Assembly: GCA_040772785.1 (NCBI GenBank)
Contig: JAXGXM010000008.1
Span: forward strand, 6,344 to 70,343
DNA length: 64,000 bases
Source of the DNA: Anaerolineaceae bacterium
GTDB lineage: Bacteria > Chloroflexota > Anaerolineae > Anaerolineales > Anaerolineaceae
Direction: 5' to 3'
A program made the position numbers and the translations under genes. Positions within the stretch are counted from its first letter, which is position 1. Every line of letters begins with the position of its first letter. Shown here one piece after another: positions 25,300-35,648 of this stretch. The notes under the pieces are model-generated. The model was not told the origin of the DNA. It saw nothing but the letters and a program-made list of their open reading frames with translations, and searched no databases.

Positions 25300-26385
25300 T
25301 CATTCTTCATCCTCTGCATTACTCACATCAGGTTTTTGTCGTGAAAATTTCAGCAGTACATCGGCCAGCACCGCCCCGGGTGCGAGCCTGATCAGGTACC
25401 AGGCACCTTGCGTTAGAACGCCTGGCATGGAGCGGTATTTGGCGATATAACTCTTGAGCTTTTCATATGAGAATTGACGGGTCGCCTTCCTTTGCGCAGG
25501 GGTTAACCGGTTCAGTTTTTCGAAAGACTTTTGAATTTGGTAGATGGTCAGCAACCCCTGCTTTACAATTTCAGGATCGGTTGTTGTGACACGTTTGATG
25601 TAATAGAATGATTCGATAACATCCACCGGGACACGGCGGCCTATCAGCTCATGGTAAGCCAGTTGAGCCGAGCGCAGGGTCTCGTCCATTTGCACGCGGC
25701 TTTTCTCGCTGGAGGTTTGTTTTTGATGCACGCGGTAAAGCAGGCAGGGTTCCTCCAGGTTGGCGTACAGGTGGTGTAGGTTCTCACGCAGCCAGAATGA
25801 ATAATCGTCCGCTGCGCGGTAATCTTTTTCCTGCGAATTCAGATTGTAATTTTTATAGTACGCCGCGCGCATGAGCACGGATGGATTGTGGATCACACAG
25901 CGGTAGTACATTTGCAGCCGGATGACCAGCGGATCGGTCGGACGGATGAGAGTTCTGCCAGTTAAGTCGCCGTTCTGATCGATAAAAGCCAGGCTGCTGC
26001 CCAGCACATCGATTCGTGGATTGGTCTCAAGATAGTCATGCTGCTTGCGAAAGCGATCCGGCAGGCTGATGTCATCCTGGTCCATGCGGGCGATGTATTT
26101 TCCGCGGCAATACTTCAGACCTTCGGTTACCGATGCGGTGATGCCCGAGTTTTCAGCCTGATTGATCAGTTTGATTCTGCTGTCTTTCTGCGCGAAATCG
26201 GTGAGGATTTCAAGTGAGCGATCCGTTGAACCGTCGTTTACGATAATGAATTCAAAATCAGAGAATGACTGGTTGAGGATGCTTTCCAGGCACCCGGTGA
26301 GGTAGTCCTCACCGTTGTAGACGCAGAGTAAGACACTGATCTCAGGCACGTCGCTCATTTCCGCATCCAGCTGCTTACCAGTCAC
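25300..26385 (-). CDS. Glycosyltransferase family 2 with C-terminal extension
   Basis: ISVLLCVYNGEDYL, VNDGSTDRS and MDQDD. Confidence 0.8.
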   Translation of the reverse strand: MTGKQLDAEMSDVPEISVLLCVYNGEDYLTGCLESILNQSFSDFEFIIVNDGSTDRSLEILTDFAQKDSRIKLINQAENSGITASVTEGLKYCRGKYIARMDQDDISLPDRFRKQHDYLETNPRIDVLGSSLAFIDQNGDLTGRTLIRPTDPLVIRLQMYYRCVIHNPSVLMRAAYYKNYNLNSQEKDYRAADDYSFWLRENLHHLYANLEEPCLLYRVHQKQTSSEKSRVQMDETLRSAQLAYHELIGRRVPVDVIESFYYIKRVTTTDPEIVKQGLLTIYQIQKSFEKLNRLTPAQRKATRQFSYEKLKSYIAKYRSMPGVLTQGAWYLIRLAPGAVLADVLLKFSRQKPDVSNAEDEE

Positions 26386-26394
26386 AATCTCATC

Positions 26395-27519
26395 CTATTT
26401 GCCCGCCTGCATGCGTTGAAAAGAGGCAAGGATATTGGAAGCCATTGAACGCCAGTTCAGTTCTTCGAAGTAGCGCTCGCGCGCAGTCCGGCTCATCCTG
26501 GCGTATCTATCCGGGTCATTGAGGAATCCCTCGATTGCTTCGACATATTTTTCTGCTGTGCTGCCGCGGGGCAGTACCATACCGGAAACCTCCTCCTTCA
26601 CAGTGGTTGCCAGTCCGCCCGCCGCGTTGGTGATGGTTGGCGCGCCAAAGGCGGCTGCTTCACTGCAAACAATACCGGCGGCTTCATAACGCGCGGGGTG
26701 AATAAGCAGGTGCGCCCATTCGTAATGCGACACATAACCCCTCAGCATATCGGGATCGGCTTTCTTGTACAGCCCCATGAACTCCACGCCATCCGAGTTT
26801 TCGCCATCCTGACCGACCACGCGCAGCTGCGCGTTGATCCCCTTGGCCCGCAGCATCTTTGTCGCGGCGATCGAGATGTCAATCCCTTTCATGTTGAAAT
26901 CCTTGGCAACCGATAACAGGCGCAATTCATCGGGTGAGATCGTTTTGGCTTCCATTTGCTGCGGGATCACGTCTGCGGGCAGCGACGATGGAATTGGCAT
27001 CACCACGATTCTCGATTTGGGGATGTGATAATCTTCGAGCAGCGCCTGGTAGGCCCAGTGACTCACCGTGACGATCAGGTTTGAGCGGTCCAGCGCTTTT
27101 TTCTCCCACGCCAGCATCCTGTAATACTCAAAGCGGGAATAGGAAGGCCATTGTTCGTGCATGTTGGAAAGGATCGCGTCAGTTTTGTAGATCACGGGGA
27201 TCTTCGACCGGCTGTAAACCAGTGGGATGAGATTGTGGGTGAAAATGGCGTCCGGCTGCACCCGTTCAGCAGTTTCATCCACGATCCGGGCGCAGTAATG
27301 CAGGTACGCCTCGGAGAACTTGGCAGTGAGCTTGCGGGAAAAGAGTCGGTGACCTTTGCGATAGATCTTCTCCAGCAGGGAGGGACGATCCTTAAATGGT
27401 CCGACTGTCGTCAGCTCAGCATCGTTCTGCTGGAAAGCCTCGTACATATTGAAATCCACACCGCTGCCAGCATCGCGGTCGAATGGGTCATATCGGCAGG
27501 AAGCGTATAAGATTTTCAT
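26395..27519 (-). CDS. Glycosyltransferase family 4 (GT-B)
   Basis: The C-terminal E-x7-E region is HPARYEAAGIVCSEAAAFGAPTI. It is a paralog of 29471-30631. Confidence 0.8.
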   Translation of the reverse strand: MKILYASCRYDPFDRDAGSGVDFNMYEAFQQNDAELTTVGPFKDRPSLLEKIYRKGHRLFSRKLTAKFSEAYLHYCARIVDETAERVQPDAIFTHNLIPLVYSRSKIPVIYKTDAILSNMHEQWPSYSRFEYYRMLAWEKKALDRSNLIVTVSHWAYQALLEDYHIPKSRIVVMPIPSSLPADVIPQQMEAKTISPDELRLLSVAKDFNMKGIDISIAATKMLRAKGINAQLRVVGQDGENSDGVEFMGLYKKADPDMLRGYVSHYEWAHLLIHPARYEAAGIVCSEAAAFGAPTITNAAGGLATTVKEEVSGMVLPRGSTAEKYVEAIEGFLNDPDRYARMSRTARERYFEELNWRSMASNILASFQRMQAGK

Positions 27520-27522
27520 TTC

Positions 27523-28464
27523 TCACCTGTCATAGTAGAGCCGGAAGATGGCGTGATACAAGCGCATCAAGGGGCTTTTGATTATTGGAAAATCAACAAT
27601 ACGTTTACGTCTCGCGATTTCCGGCTTTTTACTGCTGCCATTTGGCAGCTCAACGGTATTGCTCAGGTTCATCACATAAGGTTTGTCAGTCATTAACCTC
27701 AAATATCCGCGGTCATTCACCATCTTGTCCAACCTCAATACCTGGCCCAATGGCTTTGAAAGGTCTATCGGCAGGAACTCCTGTAACACCTTTTTATGCG
27801 CCAGAAACTGCCAGTGGGAGGCTCCGCAGAATGTGCTCACACCCCTGTAGGTCAGCCTTACGTCCTCCTGGTTGATGTCCTCGAGGATCTCCTCTTCGGT
27901 TCTTTCCAGGCTCTGCAAAAACTCGCGGATCCAGTCCGGGTTGATGAGGTGACCTTTCTCCACTTTGACGTCAGAATTTCCTTCAGCCCAATCCATGCTG
28001 GCGGAATATAACTCGGGGATGGAGTGGTAAGGGCGCGAAGTGACCATACCGACGTTCGGGTACGTATCGAGCACTTTTACTGATTCGCGCAGCCAGCCTT
28101 CGTGGTACAAAACGTCATTGTCGGCGTATGCCACGATGTCCCCCGGGGCTGCCTGCAGCATAACGTTCCAGGCGCCGCCTTTGCCCATGTTGCGGTCGGA
28201 TAGGATGAGTGTTTGGATCTTGCCATGGTCAAATTCCGATAAAAGATAAGCGCGGGCTTCCGGGCAGGAACCGTTGTCGTAGACCAGCAGATCAAAATCC
28301 ATCCCCGCGTTTTCGCGCAGGCTCGTCAGACTCATATCCAGCACATTGAGCATATCCGCGTAAAAACCATCCAGAAAGGGGATGTGGTTTAACACTGCCG
28401 CGGTAACTCGCTGCGGTTTTTCGACAGTGTTTAACTGCTTGACCGGGTTGATGCCTTTTCTCAT
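27523..28464 (-). CDS. GT-A (family 2-like) glycosyltransferase
   Basis: LLVYDNGS and ADNDVLY (DxD). Confidence 0.6.
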   Translation of the reverse strand: MRKGINPVKQLNTVEKPQRVTAAVLNHIPFLDGFYADMLNVLDMSLTSLRENAGMDFDLLVYDNGSCPEARAYLLSEFDHGKIQTLILSDRNMGKGGAWNVMLQAAPGDIVAYADNDVLYHEGWLRESVKVLDTYPNVGMVTSRPYHSIPELYSASMDWAEGNSDVKVEKGHLINPDWIREFLQSLERTEEEILEDINQEDVRLTYRGVSTFCGASHWQFLAHKKVLQEFLPIDLSKPLGQVLRLDKMVNDRGYLRLMTDKPYVMNLSNTVELPNGSSKKPEIARRKRIVDFPIIKSPLMRLYHAIFRLYYDR

Positions 28465-29474
28465 GGTTCACGCTCGCTATCTTCTGTTGTTACGAGTTCC
28501 TGAACACCGCCTTCACGGGCGGAGCGATGGACGGCTTCTGTGATTTGCAGAGCGGTCACTCCGTCCCCCAGTGTGCAGATGGGCATTTCTTCCTTGCGTG
28601 CAACGCGTAGAAAATGTGCCATCTCGTCCATGAAGAGGTGGTTGCGCTCAAAACTCGCAGGAGGTTGAACCTCGTGCCATTTTTCTTCTCCGGTATCATA
28701 ATACTTCGCAATTCCGGATGCGTTGTCCCAATAAATACTGCCCGTAGTCCCGATGATCATGAGGTCGTGCTGCGCGGGGCGCTGCAGGTAATCCAGGTGA
28801 ACGTTGGTGGTCAGCCCGTCTTCAAATTGCAGCAGCACATCGGCGGTATCTTCTACTTCCAGGTTGAGTCCACCGTTAGAGGTGTGCGCGTAGAGCTGGC
28901 TTACCTCTCCAAAGAGCCAGCGCAGGTAATCAAAGGGGTGGCAGAGTGTGTTGACCACACCGCCGCCAAGGTCAGCGCGTGCGCTGTAGCTGAGGCGGTA
29001 ATCCTCCCAGGGGTGCCATCCGGGCATATATTCGCCCCAATGTGATTTCACCGTGGTGACCCGCCCAATACGACCTTCCATCAGCCATTGCTTCACCTGG
29101 CGCAAACCGGGGTGAAAACGATACTGGAAACCGGTCAGAAATCCGCCGCCTCCCTCTCGCAGCGCCTGTTTAAGCTCTTGTACGCGCTCCATTGAGTGGG
29201 AAATGGGTTTTTCCATCAGGATGGCGCAGCCCGCCCGGGCAGCGGGGATCGCTACATCGAGGTGTAGAGAGGTCGGGTTGGCGATGATCACCGCGTCAGG
29301 ATGATGCGCGAGCGCGCTTTCAATCGTGGTCTCGACCGGGATTTCAGCGATTTCACTTACCGGCAGGGTGGATTTGTGTGATCGCAGCAAAAGAACATCC
29401 TTCTCGCCCAACGCGATGAGGTTGTTCATGTGGCGTCTTCCAATCGAGCCGTAACCGGCGATCAGGAATTTCAT
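28461..29474 (-). CDS. Gfo/Idh/MocA family oxidoreductase
   Basis: MKFLIAGYGSIGRRH Rossmann opening and EKP motif (LMEKPIS). Confidence 0.85.
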   Translation of the reverse strand: MKFLIAGYGSIGRRHMNNLIALGEKDVLLLRSHKSTLPVSEIAEIPVETTIESALAHHPDAVIIANPTSLHLDVAIPAARAGCAILMEKPISHSMERVQELKQALREGGGGFLTGFQYRFHPGLRQVKQWLMEGRIGRVTTVKSHWGEYMPGWHPWEDYRLSYSARADLGGGVVNTLCHPFDYLRWLFGEVSQLYAHTSNGGLNLEVEDTADVLLQFEDGLTTNVHLDYLQRPAQHDLMIIGTTGSIYWDNASGIAKYYDTGEEKWHEVQPPASFERNHLFMDEMAHFLRVARKEEMPICTLGDGVTALQITEAVHRSAREGGVQELVTTEDSEREP

Positions 29475-30631
29475 CGCTCGTCTCCGTTTGATTTTGAGCC
29501 GGTATTTCGCTTTTCTTCTACAGCCTGGCGGATGACCTCCACTACTTTGGCACCAGCCACTTCCCAGTTCAATTCCTGGTCGTAACGCTCGCGGGTTGAT
29601 TGCCGCAGCGCCAGGTATTCGGCTGGGTTTTCGATGTAATGGCGAATCACTTTCACGTACTCAACCGCGGGGCTGCCGGGGGTGAGCACCACGCCGGATA
29701 TACCGTCCTTCACTGTTGAGGCGATCCCTCCAACAGCGTTCGTGAGCGTGGGCACCCCAAAAGCCGCCGCTTCAGCAGTGACGATGGGCGCGGCGTCGTA
29801 ACGCGCCGGATGGATCAGAAAATGCGGCCATAAGTATTGACCAGCGTAATCATGCAGTTGTTCGGGAATGCTTTTCAGGAAAAGACCTGTGTAATGGACG
29901 TGAGGCTGGTCTGTGCCATCAGTGCCCACGACCCTCAATTCTGTGTTGATACCCGCCTCGTTTAATAGGTTGGTCACCTCGATTGCGATGTCGATGCCCT
30001 TCAGGTTTTGCACGCGCCCGACAAAGAGCAGCCGGACAGTGGAAAAATCGACCTCGTCAAAAACCGGTTGTACAGGGATGACCTCGTTGGGGAGGGATGA
30101 CGCGTTGTAAACGATGTGAATCTTTTCTTCCGGATACCCATAATCGTTGACCAGGGAGGATTTTGTCCAATCGCTGCGCGTGATGATGCGCGTCGCCTGT
30201 TTGATTACTGCGCGTTCCCAGCGGATCATGCGCCAGTTTTCAAATTTTGAGAACGTAGGCCAGTCACGGTTGAATGCTGCGACCGTGGAATCCACCATAT
30301 ATACAAAGGGTAACGAGGTTCGGTACTGCACCATGCATGTAAGATTCTTGGAAAAAATCGCGTCTGGTTTCAGGCTTTCAACAGCGGTGCGCAGCGCGCT
30401 TGAGCCTTCCCGCAGCATCGCGGCGGAATATTTGGCAGGTCTTTTGTCGGAAAAAAGGGCATGGATCTTGCGGTAAACCTTTTCCGGGAACGATGCAATG
30501 TCTTTAAAAGGACCAATGTAGTGAAGGTCAACGCCCTGGTCTTTGATGGCGTGGAAGAGACGATAATCGGTTCCGCTTCCATCATCGTGCTTTAGTGGAC
30601 TGTACTTACCTGTCGTGTAAAGAATTTTCAT
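29471..30631 (-). CDS. Glycosyltransferase family 4 (GT-B)
   Basis: HPARYDAAPIVTAEAAAFGVPTL. The N-terminus is similar to 26395-27519 (MKILY..GSG.D..L...GPFKD). Confidence 0.8.
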   Translation of the reverse strand: MKILYTTGKYSPLKHDDGSGTDYRLFHAIKDQGVDLHYIGPFKDIASFPEKVYRKIHALFSDKRPAKYSAAMLREGSSALRTAVESLKPDAIFSKNLTCMVQYRTSLPFVYMVDSTVAAFNRDWPTFSKFENWRMIRWERAVIKQATRIITRSDWTKSSLVNDYGYPEEKIHIVYNASSLPNEVIPVQPVFDEVDFSTVRLLFVGRVQNLKGIDIAIEVTNLLNEAGINTELRVVGTDGTDQPHVHYTGLFLKSIPEQLHDYAGQYLWPHFLIHPARYDAAPIVTAEAAAFGVPTLTNAVGGIASTVKDGISGVVLTPGSPAVEYVKVIRHYIENPAEYLALRQSTRERYDQELNWEVAGAKVVEVIRQAVEEKRNTGSKSNGDER

Positions 30632-30737
30632 GCGCGTGCTCCCGGGAATTCCTTAGCTTTGACCAATCTAATAGAAGAATATACAGATATCCCTGATGAT
30701 GAAAGATGATTCAAAAATGTAAAAATCGCTCTCATGT

Positions 30738-31685
30738 TCACTCGTTTTTACTCAGCGTGATCTCAATTCTCTGTTTCATCCTTTTGTCTTTTTTTCTATC
30801 TTTTATTGCCTGTATCGGATTTAGGATCGTGTAAAAAAACTTTGCAAGTCGTGGTGATTTCAGGTGCAGCAAAGGGAATATACTAATTTCCCGGATGAAC
30901 TGCTCACGGGAGAAGGGTTGTCTCACGATCCTGCCCTGAGAAATCATCTTATTGGTGTCATACAGGGTGAACATCCGTTCCCGCCCGCCTGCCATCACAA
31001 GATTATCAAGTGATTCCGGTTGTGTGCGGTGGATCGTTCCGCCGGGAAGATGGCTATAGTCATGGTTCTGATGAATGGCAGTGATCCCGCCGGTGGCGTT
31101 GATGACGGCCATTTTCTGCCGGCGTGCCTGGAAGATCATCCAGTTATCCCAACCGGCGCGTCCCACGGCAAAGGCGGGAATATCCACGAATTCGTTGCGT
31201 GGGAAGATAAAGTAATCACTCCCAACCGCGGCATGTAAATTCGCGGATTGCAGGCAGTCAGGGACAAATTTCTCACCCCAACCCGTGTTGATGTCCAGTT
31301 CAGAAGTGATCTCTGCGTCCCAACGTTGACCGATCAGCAGGAACCGCTCACAACTATTGCGGGCTAGTTCCAGTGTTTGCAGCATGTCCGGGAAGAGGAG
31401 CATATCCGCGTTAACATAACAAAGGAAAGGCGCGTTACTTCGTTCGCGCACGGTGTTGAAGATCGAGTCGATTCTGGGGGTACCCGCGCTGTTGCGCTCT
31501 ACGTCTGGGATGAAACCCACCCCAAATTCAGCCGCGTTTTCCGCGACACCTTCTTCGTCCGCCACCAGCCAGATCTCTACAGCATCTCCGAGGGCTTTCC
31601 AGCTGCGGATGGCATTGCGCTGAATAACCCGGATATGCGGATTTGTGAACGGCTTTGGTGCGGTGAAGATGGCGAGTCGGGTCAT
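30738..31685 (-). CDS. Hypothetical protein, possible GT-A-like glycosyltransferase
   Basis: The only support is a DxD-like YVNADMLLFPD after a Rossmann-like N-terminus. Confidence 0.35.
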   Translation of the reverse strand: MTRLAIFTAPKPFTNPHIRVIQRNAIRSWKALGDAVEIWLVADEEGVAENAAEFGVGFIPDVERNSAGTPRIDSIFNTVRERSNAPFLCYVNADMLLFPDMLQTLELARNSCERFLLIGQRWDAEITSELDINTGWGEKFVPDCLQSANLHAAVGSDYFIFPRNEFVDIPAFAVGRAGWDNWMIFQARRQKMAVINATGGITAIHQNHDYSHLPGGTIHRTQPESLDNLVMAGGRERMFTLYDTNKMISQGRIVRQPFSREQFIREISIFPLLHLKSPRLAKFFYTILNPIQAIKDRKKDKRMKQRIEITLSKNE

Positions 31686-31755
31686 TTATTTTCCTCGGTC
31701 GTAATACCGGTAAAGTACATTTCCTTCTTTGTGGTCAGTTTAATCAATTGAACCG

Positions 31756-32514
31756 TCATTTTCTTGCCGCTTCGTGGTCCAGGTAAGATTTGTGTTTTAC
31801 CCGTGCATTGACCTCAAACATTTTGGGCTTCTCCTGCCATAACTGTACTACATCCAGCCAGGAAAAATCGTTTCCGCCTTTGAAGTGCCGGTAAATCCGA
31901 CGCAGGAGCGTCAAATCTTCGGGGGTGTCAAGCGTCCAGCGCAGGTCCCCCAAGTCTTCGCTGTGGTTAAGTTGCAGTACCTTGAACCTGCCGGGAACTG
32001 CGTATAGGTAAGGGAGAACATGTTCGCGTTCGTGTTTTTGTCGGGCGTTCTCCCAGGCGTTCTCAAGTGCTGCAAAGGTGCAGGCTTCGACGTCCAGCCC
32101 GATCGGATAGGTGCGGGTGAATGGCGGCGGCAGCCGGTTGCAGGCAAAGTCCGATTGCTTTTCTGTCAACGCATGCACGACATCATCGATCAGGCGCGGG
32201 TCGATCAGTGGACAGTCACCGGTAAGCCGAACCACAATATCCGCCTCATATTGTTTCGCTGCCTGGTAGTAACGGTCGAGCACATCCGGCAGGCTGCCGC
32301 GATAGACCTCTGTGGCATACCTGCGGCAGGCGCTGACAATCGCGTCATCTGACGGATCGGTGGTGGTCGCCACGATGACCTGGTCGATTGTTGAAGCTTT
32401 CCGCACACGCTCAAGCATGCGATCGAGCATGGTTCTGCCGTAAGCGTTTTTAAGTACCTTGCCGGGAAGGCGGGTGGAAGACATGCGCGCCTGGATGATC
32501 GCCACAACTCTCAT
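31756..32514 (-). CDS. SpsF-type cytidylyltransferase (CTP_transf_3 family)
   Basis: VAIIQARMSSTRLPGKVLK and RLTGDCPLIDP are typical of SpsF/PseF-like enzymes. Confidence 0.75.
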   Translation of the reverse strand: MRVVAIIQARMSSTRLPGKVLKNAYGRTMLDRMLERVRKASTIDQVIVATTTDPSDDAIVSACRRYATEVYRGSLPDVLDRYYQAAKQYEADIVVRLTGDCPLIDPRLIDDVVHALTEKQSDFACNRLPPPFTRTYPIGLDVEACTFAALENAWENARQKHEREHVLPYLYAVPGRFKVLQLNHSEDLGDLRWTLDTPEDLTLLRRIYRHFKGGNDFSWLDVVQLWQEKPKMFEVNARVKHKSYLDHEAARK

Positions 32515-33638
32515 TCGGTGCCTGTCTTAATACCGGAAACCCGGTTTTGTTGGCTGTTTGCCGCTTCATAGGCTTGCAGAAGTACGGGGAAGTTGCTTCG
32601 CCAATCGGCTTTTTGCTCTGCCATGGCGCGGGCGCGGGCAGCGTATTCCACTAGAGCGGGTTCATGCCGGGCTGTGTGCATCAGCGCTGACATCTCATCA
32701 GCATCTCCATCGTGAAAAATCCATCCCTGTTCACCACTGCTTACCCATTCGCGGTTCCCGGGAATATCCGAGACAATGCCGGGCAATCCGCACGCCAGGG
32801 CTTCCAGCAGTGAGACAGAGGACCCATCGCAATGGGATGCGCTGAGGAAAATATCCGCGCTGCGGTAGGTGTACGGCAGTTCATCACGGCTCACGTATCC
32901 GCCAAAGTGGACTTTGTCCGTTACGCCGGCTTTTTCTACCATGCTGCGCAAAATCTGCTCCTGTGATCCTTTTCCGTATAGGAGCAGACGAATTTCAGGA
33001 TTACTCTCTGTAGCCTTGATAAATGCCCGCAGTGTCAAATCTACGCCGTAGATAGGTTCAAATGAACGGTTGCTGAGGAAGACGAAGTTGTCCTTCCAGC
33101 CGAGTTTTTCACGCAAACCAGCACCGCCTTGAGGTGTGAAATGCGCCAGATCAACACCCCACGGGAAGCGATAGATGCGTTCGGATGGAAAATTATATTC
33201 CCTGGTGGCTTTATCAGCCACCGCAAGGCAGTCGCAAACAAAAACCGCGCTGTAGTCGAGCGCGTGCTGGATCTTCGCGCGTGCGTCAGAATCCACCTCG
33301 CCATCGTGCAGAATATCCGCTCCCCACGACATGCTTACCAGGCGCGGAAAACTGCTCAGGGCAGCGATATGGGCAGGGCTGTGCAACGGTCCCGCGTGGA
33401 TTACATCGGGTTTTATTGAGTGGATCACCTGTTTAAGTTTTCCAACTTGTTCTGCTGGTGTTACGAGAGGTCCTGTTCCTTCTGTCGATGTTTTGACCTC
33501 GCTGATCCCCGCCGGCAGCTGCACAGGCTGGCTTGGTTCGAGGCGCAGCAGAAAGATCTCGTGCCCGCTGGTGCCGAGCGCAGTGAGGAACCGCTCATCG
33601 TGCGGTGAATAATCCCGCGTGAAATACAGGACCTTCAA
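32511..33638 (-). CDS. Glycosyltransferase family 4 (GT-B)
   Basis: SASHCDGSSVSLLEALACGLPGIVSD (E-x7-E region). Confidence 0.8.
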   Translation of the reverse strand: MKVLYFTRDYSPHDERFLTALGTSGHEIFLLRLEPSQPVQLPAGISEVKTSTEGTGPLVTPAEQVGKLKQVIHSIKPDVIHAGPLHSPAHIAALSSFPRLVSMSWGADILHDGEVDSDARAKIQHALDYSAVFVCDCLAVADKATREYNFPSERIYRFPWGVDLAHFTPQGGAGLREKLGWKDNFVFLSNRSFEPIYGVDLTLRAFIKATESNPEIRLLLYGKGSQEQILRSMVEKAGVTDKVHFGGYVSRDELPYTYRSADIFLSASHCDGSSVSLLEALACGLPGIVSDIPGNREWVSSGEQGWIFHDGDADEMSALMHTARHEPALVEYAARARAMAEQKADWRSNFPVLLQAYEAANSQQNRVSGIKTGTE

Positions 33639-33639
33639 T

Positions 33640-34707
33640 TTACTCTCCCAGGTCCACCCAGCGCAGCTCCCTGCCGGCGGGTAGATCCTTCAAAGCTCGC
33701 GTGCCAATTACCCGGTTGACCTGGTCGGGACGGATGGCGCCGGGGGTAGCCGGGCGAAGGACGTCGATCATGTCGCGGGTTAAAATCTCACCCGCTTTTA
33801 TCTCGCGCGCAGCGCGCAGACAGCGGCGTTGAACGATGGTCGTGTCTTTTTCGTTGCCGCTGATGGTTTTATCCGCTGACCCCATCGCGCGTTCCAGTTC
33901 ACGGGTGCGATCGACCATATCATGCCAGGTTTCCGGCGTCATGGAAAACGGGTGATCGGGTCCGACTCGTGAAGTATCATCAGTGAAGTGTTTCTCTACT
34001 ACCCTGCCGCCCAGCGCGATCGCGCCAAGCACCGTGGCGTGCCCGTGCGTGTGGTCGGATAAGCCCACTGTGATACCCGGGAACAGTGTTTGATAGGTCT
34101 GCAGTACGCGCAAATGAATGTGATCAAAATTGACCGGGCTGGCTGTGTAATTGGTGTTGCATTGCAGTAGCACCAGCTGGGGATTGATCGCCAGAACGGT
34201 GTGCACCGCCTGCTGCACCTCGCCAATGCTGGCGGCGCCGGTGGATAGGATGACCGGTTTGCCTTTGCGGGCGATATATTCAAGCATCTCAAGCCAGTCA
34301 ACATCTCCTGAGCCGATCTTGTGAGCGGGAACGAATGGATCGAGGTAGTCCACCGCTTCGAAGTCATAGGGGGAGGAGAAATAATCGATGCCGACCTTAT
34401 CGCATTCCTCTTTCAGGATGGGTGTCCAATCGAAGGGTATCGAAGCGTCGGAATAGACCTCAAAAACACTTTTCTTCCAGGTTGACTGATGGGAAACCTG
34501 CCCCTGCATTGCCTTAAAGCCGTAATCAGATACGATCCTGGCTGCGCGGAAGTTCTGAAACTTGGCGGCATCAGCGCCGGCTTCTTTGGCGAGCTTGATC
34601 AGCAGTTTAGCACGCTCAAGGCTGCCGTCGTGGTTCGCTGAGATGTCCGCGATGAAGTAGGTGGGATGTTCCGGACCGATCAGGTGACTGCCAATTTTTA
34701 CGTCCAT
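33640..34707 (-). CDS. neuB: NeuB/SpsE-type nonulosonic acid synthase with C-terminal SAF domain
   Basis: YFIADISANHDG, DAAKFQNF and LSDHTHG. The C-terminal REIKAGEILTRDMIDVLRP is the SAF domain. Confidence 0.85.
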   Translation of the reverse strand: MDVKIGSHLIGPEHPTYFIADISANHDGSLERAKLLIKLAKEAGADAAKFQNFRAARIVSDYGFKAMQGQVSHQSTWKKSVFEVYSDASIPFDWTPILKEECDKVGIDYFSSPYDFEAVDYLDPFVPAHKIGSGDVDWLEMLEYIARKGKPVILSTGAASIGEVQQAVHTVLAINPQLVLLQCNTNYTASPVNFDHIHLRVLQTYQTLFPGITVGLSDHTHGHATVLGAIALGGRVVEKHFTDDTSRVGPDHPFSMTPETWHDMVDRTRELERAMGSADKTISGNEKDTTIVQRRCLRAAREIKAGEILTRDMIDVLRPATPGAIRPDQVNRVIGTRALKDLPAGRELRWVDLGE

Positions 34708-34730
34708 GTCATCTCCTTTTGGTTTAGGTT

Positions 34731-35648
34731 CTAAGCGAGTGACTTGATATAAAGAGGATACCCGCGCCGGTGCTGGTCGTAGAATTTCTGCAGACCGCCG
34801 GCAAAATCGGGCAGGTCATGCCCTAATGCTGCGTGTAATTTTTCGGTTGAAAGGGTCAGGTTGGGGGAACGGGCGGCTTTAAGCCCGCTTTCTTTGATTG
34901 AAACCGGTTTGATCAGCGCCGGGTCAAACCCGAACTTTTCAGCGATCCGTTTACCAAATTCAAACTTGCTCATCGCTTCTGGTCCAACCATGTGGTAAAT
35001 ACCGCGCAGGTCAAGCGATGAAACCTCCACGAGCAACGCGCTGAGATCGAGGATATTCATCGGGCAGAAATTAACATCGGTGAAGCCCATCATCTCTTCG
35101 TTCTGTGAAAGTCTGTTGACAAAATTTTCCGCCAGGCTGCGATTGCCTGCCGCGCTCCAACCGTAAAAATTCACCCTTGTGATCAACGCCTCAGCGTTGG
35201 CTGCGAGAACGGCGTGCTCACCATCCAGCTTGGTTTGCGCGTAAACACTGAGCGGATTTGGTTCATCGTTTTCGTTGTAATTGCCGCTGCTGCCATCAAA
35301 AACCGCGTCTGTAGATATGTGGATCATGCGCACGGAGTGTTTCTGACACGCTGCCGCGATCACGCCGGGTAGTTCTGCATTGACCTGGTGCGCCAGTTGA
35401 GGGTCGTTTTCGCAGGCGTCCACATTTGCCATCGCGGCGCAGTGCAGGATGACATCAGGTTTGTGCGTGTTGATCAGCTCTTTGATCACGCCCTGTTTGG
35501 TAAGTTCGGCTTCAACATTCTTAAAGGTTGCCCACATCAGCGGAGCGGTGTTCGCCACCCCGGTGACCTGGTGCTTTTTGCCGTCAACTGCCAGGGCAAA
35601 GTTGAGTCCTAAAAGACCGCTGACGCCGGTAACAAGAAAGTGGGTCAT
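34731..35648 (-). CDS. RmlD-like NAD(P)-dependent sugar nucleotide 4-reductase/epimerase
   Basis: LVTGVSGLLG, and YAQTK for Y-x3-K. The likely start is MTHFLV at 35648, forming an ATGA overlap with the pseB-like stop. Confidence 0.7.
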   Translation of the reverse strand: MTHFLVTGVSGLLGLNFALAVDGKKHQVTGVANTAPLMWATFKNVEAELTKQGVIKELINTHKPDVILHCAAMANVDACENDPQLAHQVNAELPGVIAAACQKHSVRMIHISTDAVFDGSSGNYNENDEPNPLSVYAQTKLDGEHAVLAANAEALITRVNFYGWSAAGNRSLAENFVNRLSQNEEMMGFTDVNFCPMNILDLSALLVEVSSLDLRGIYHMVGPEAMSKFEFGKRIAEKFGFDPALIKPVSIKESGLKAARSPNLTLSTEKLHAALGHDLPDFAGGLQKFYDQHRRGYPLYIKSLA

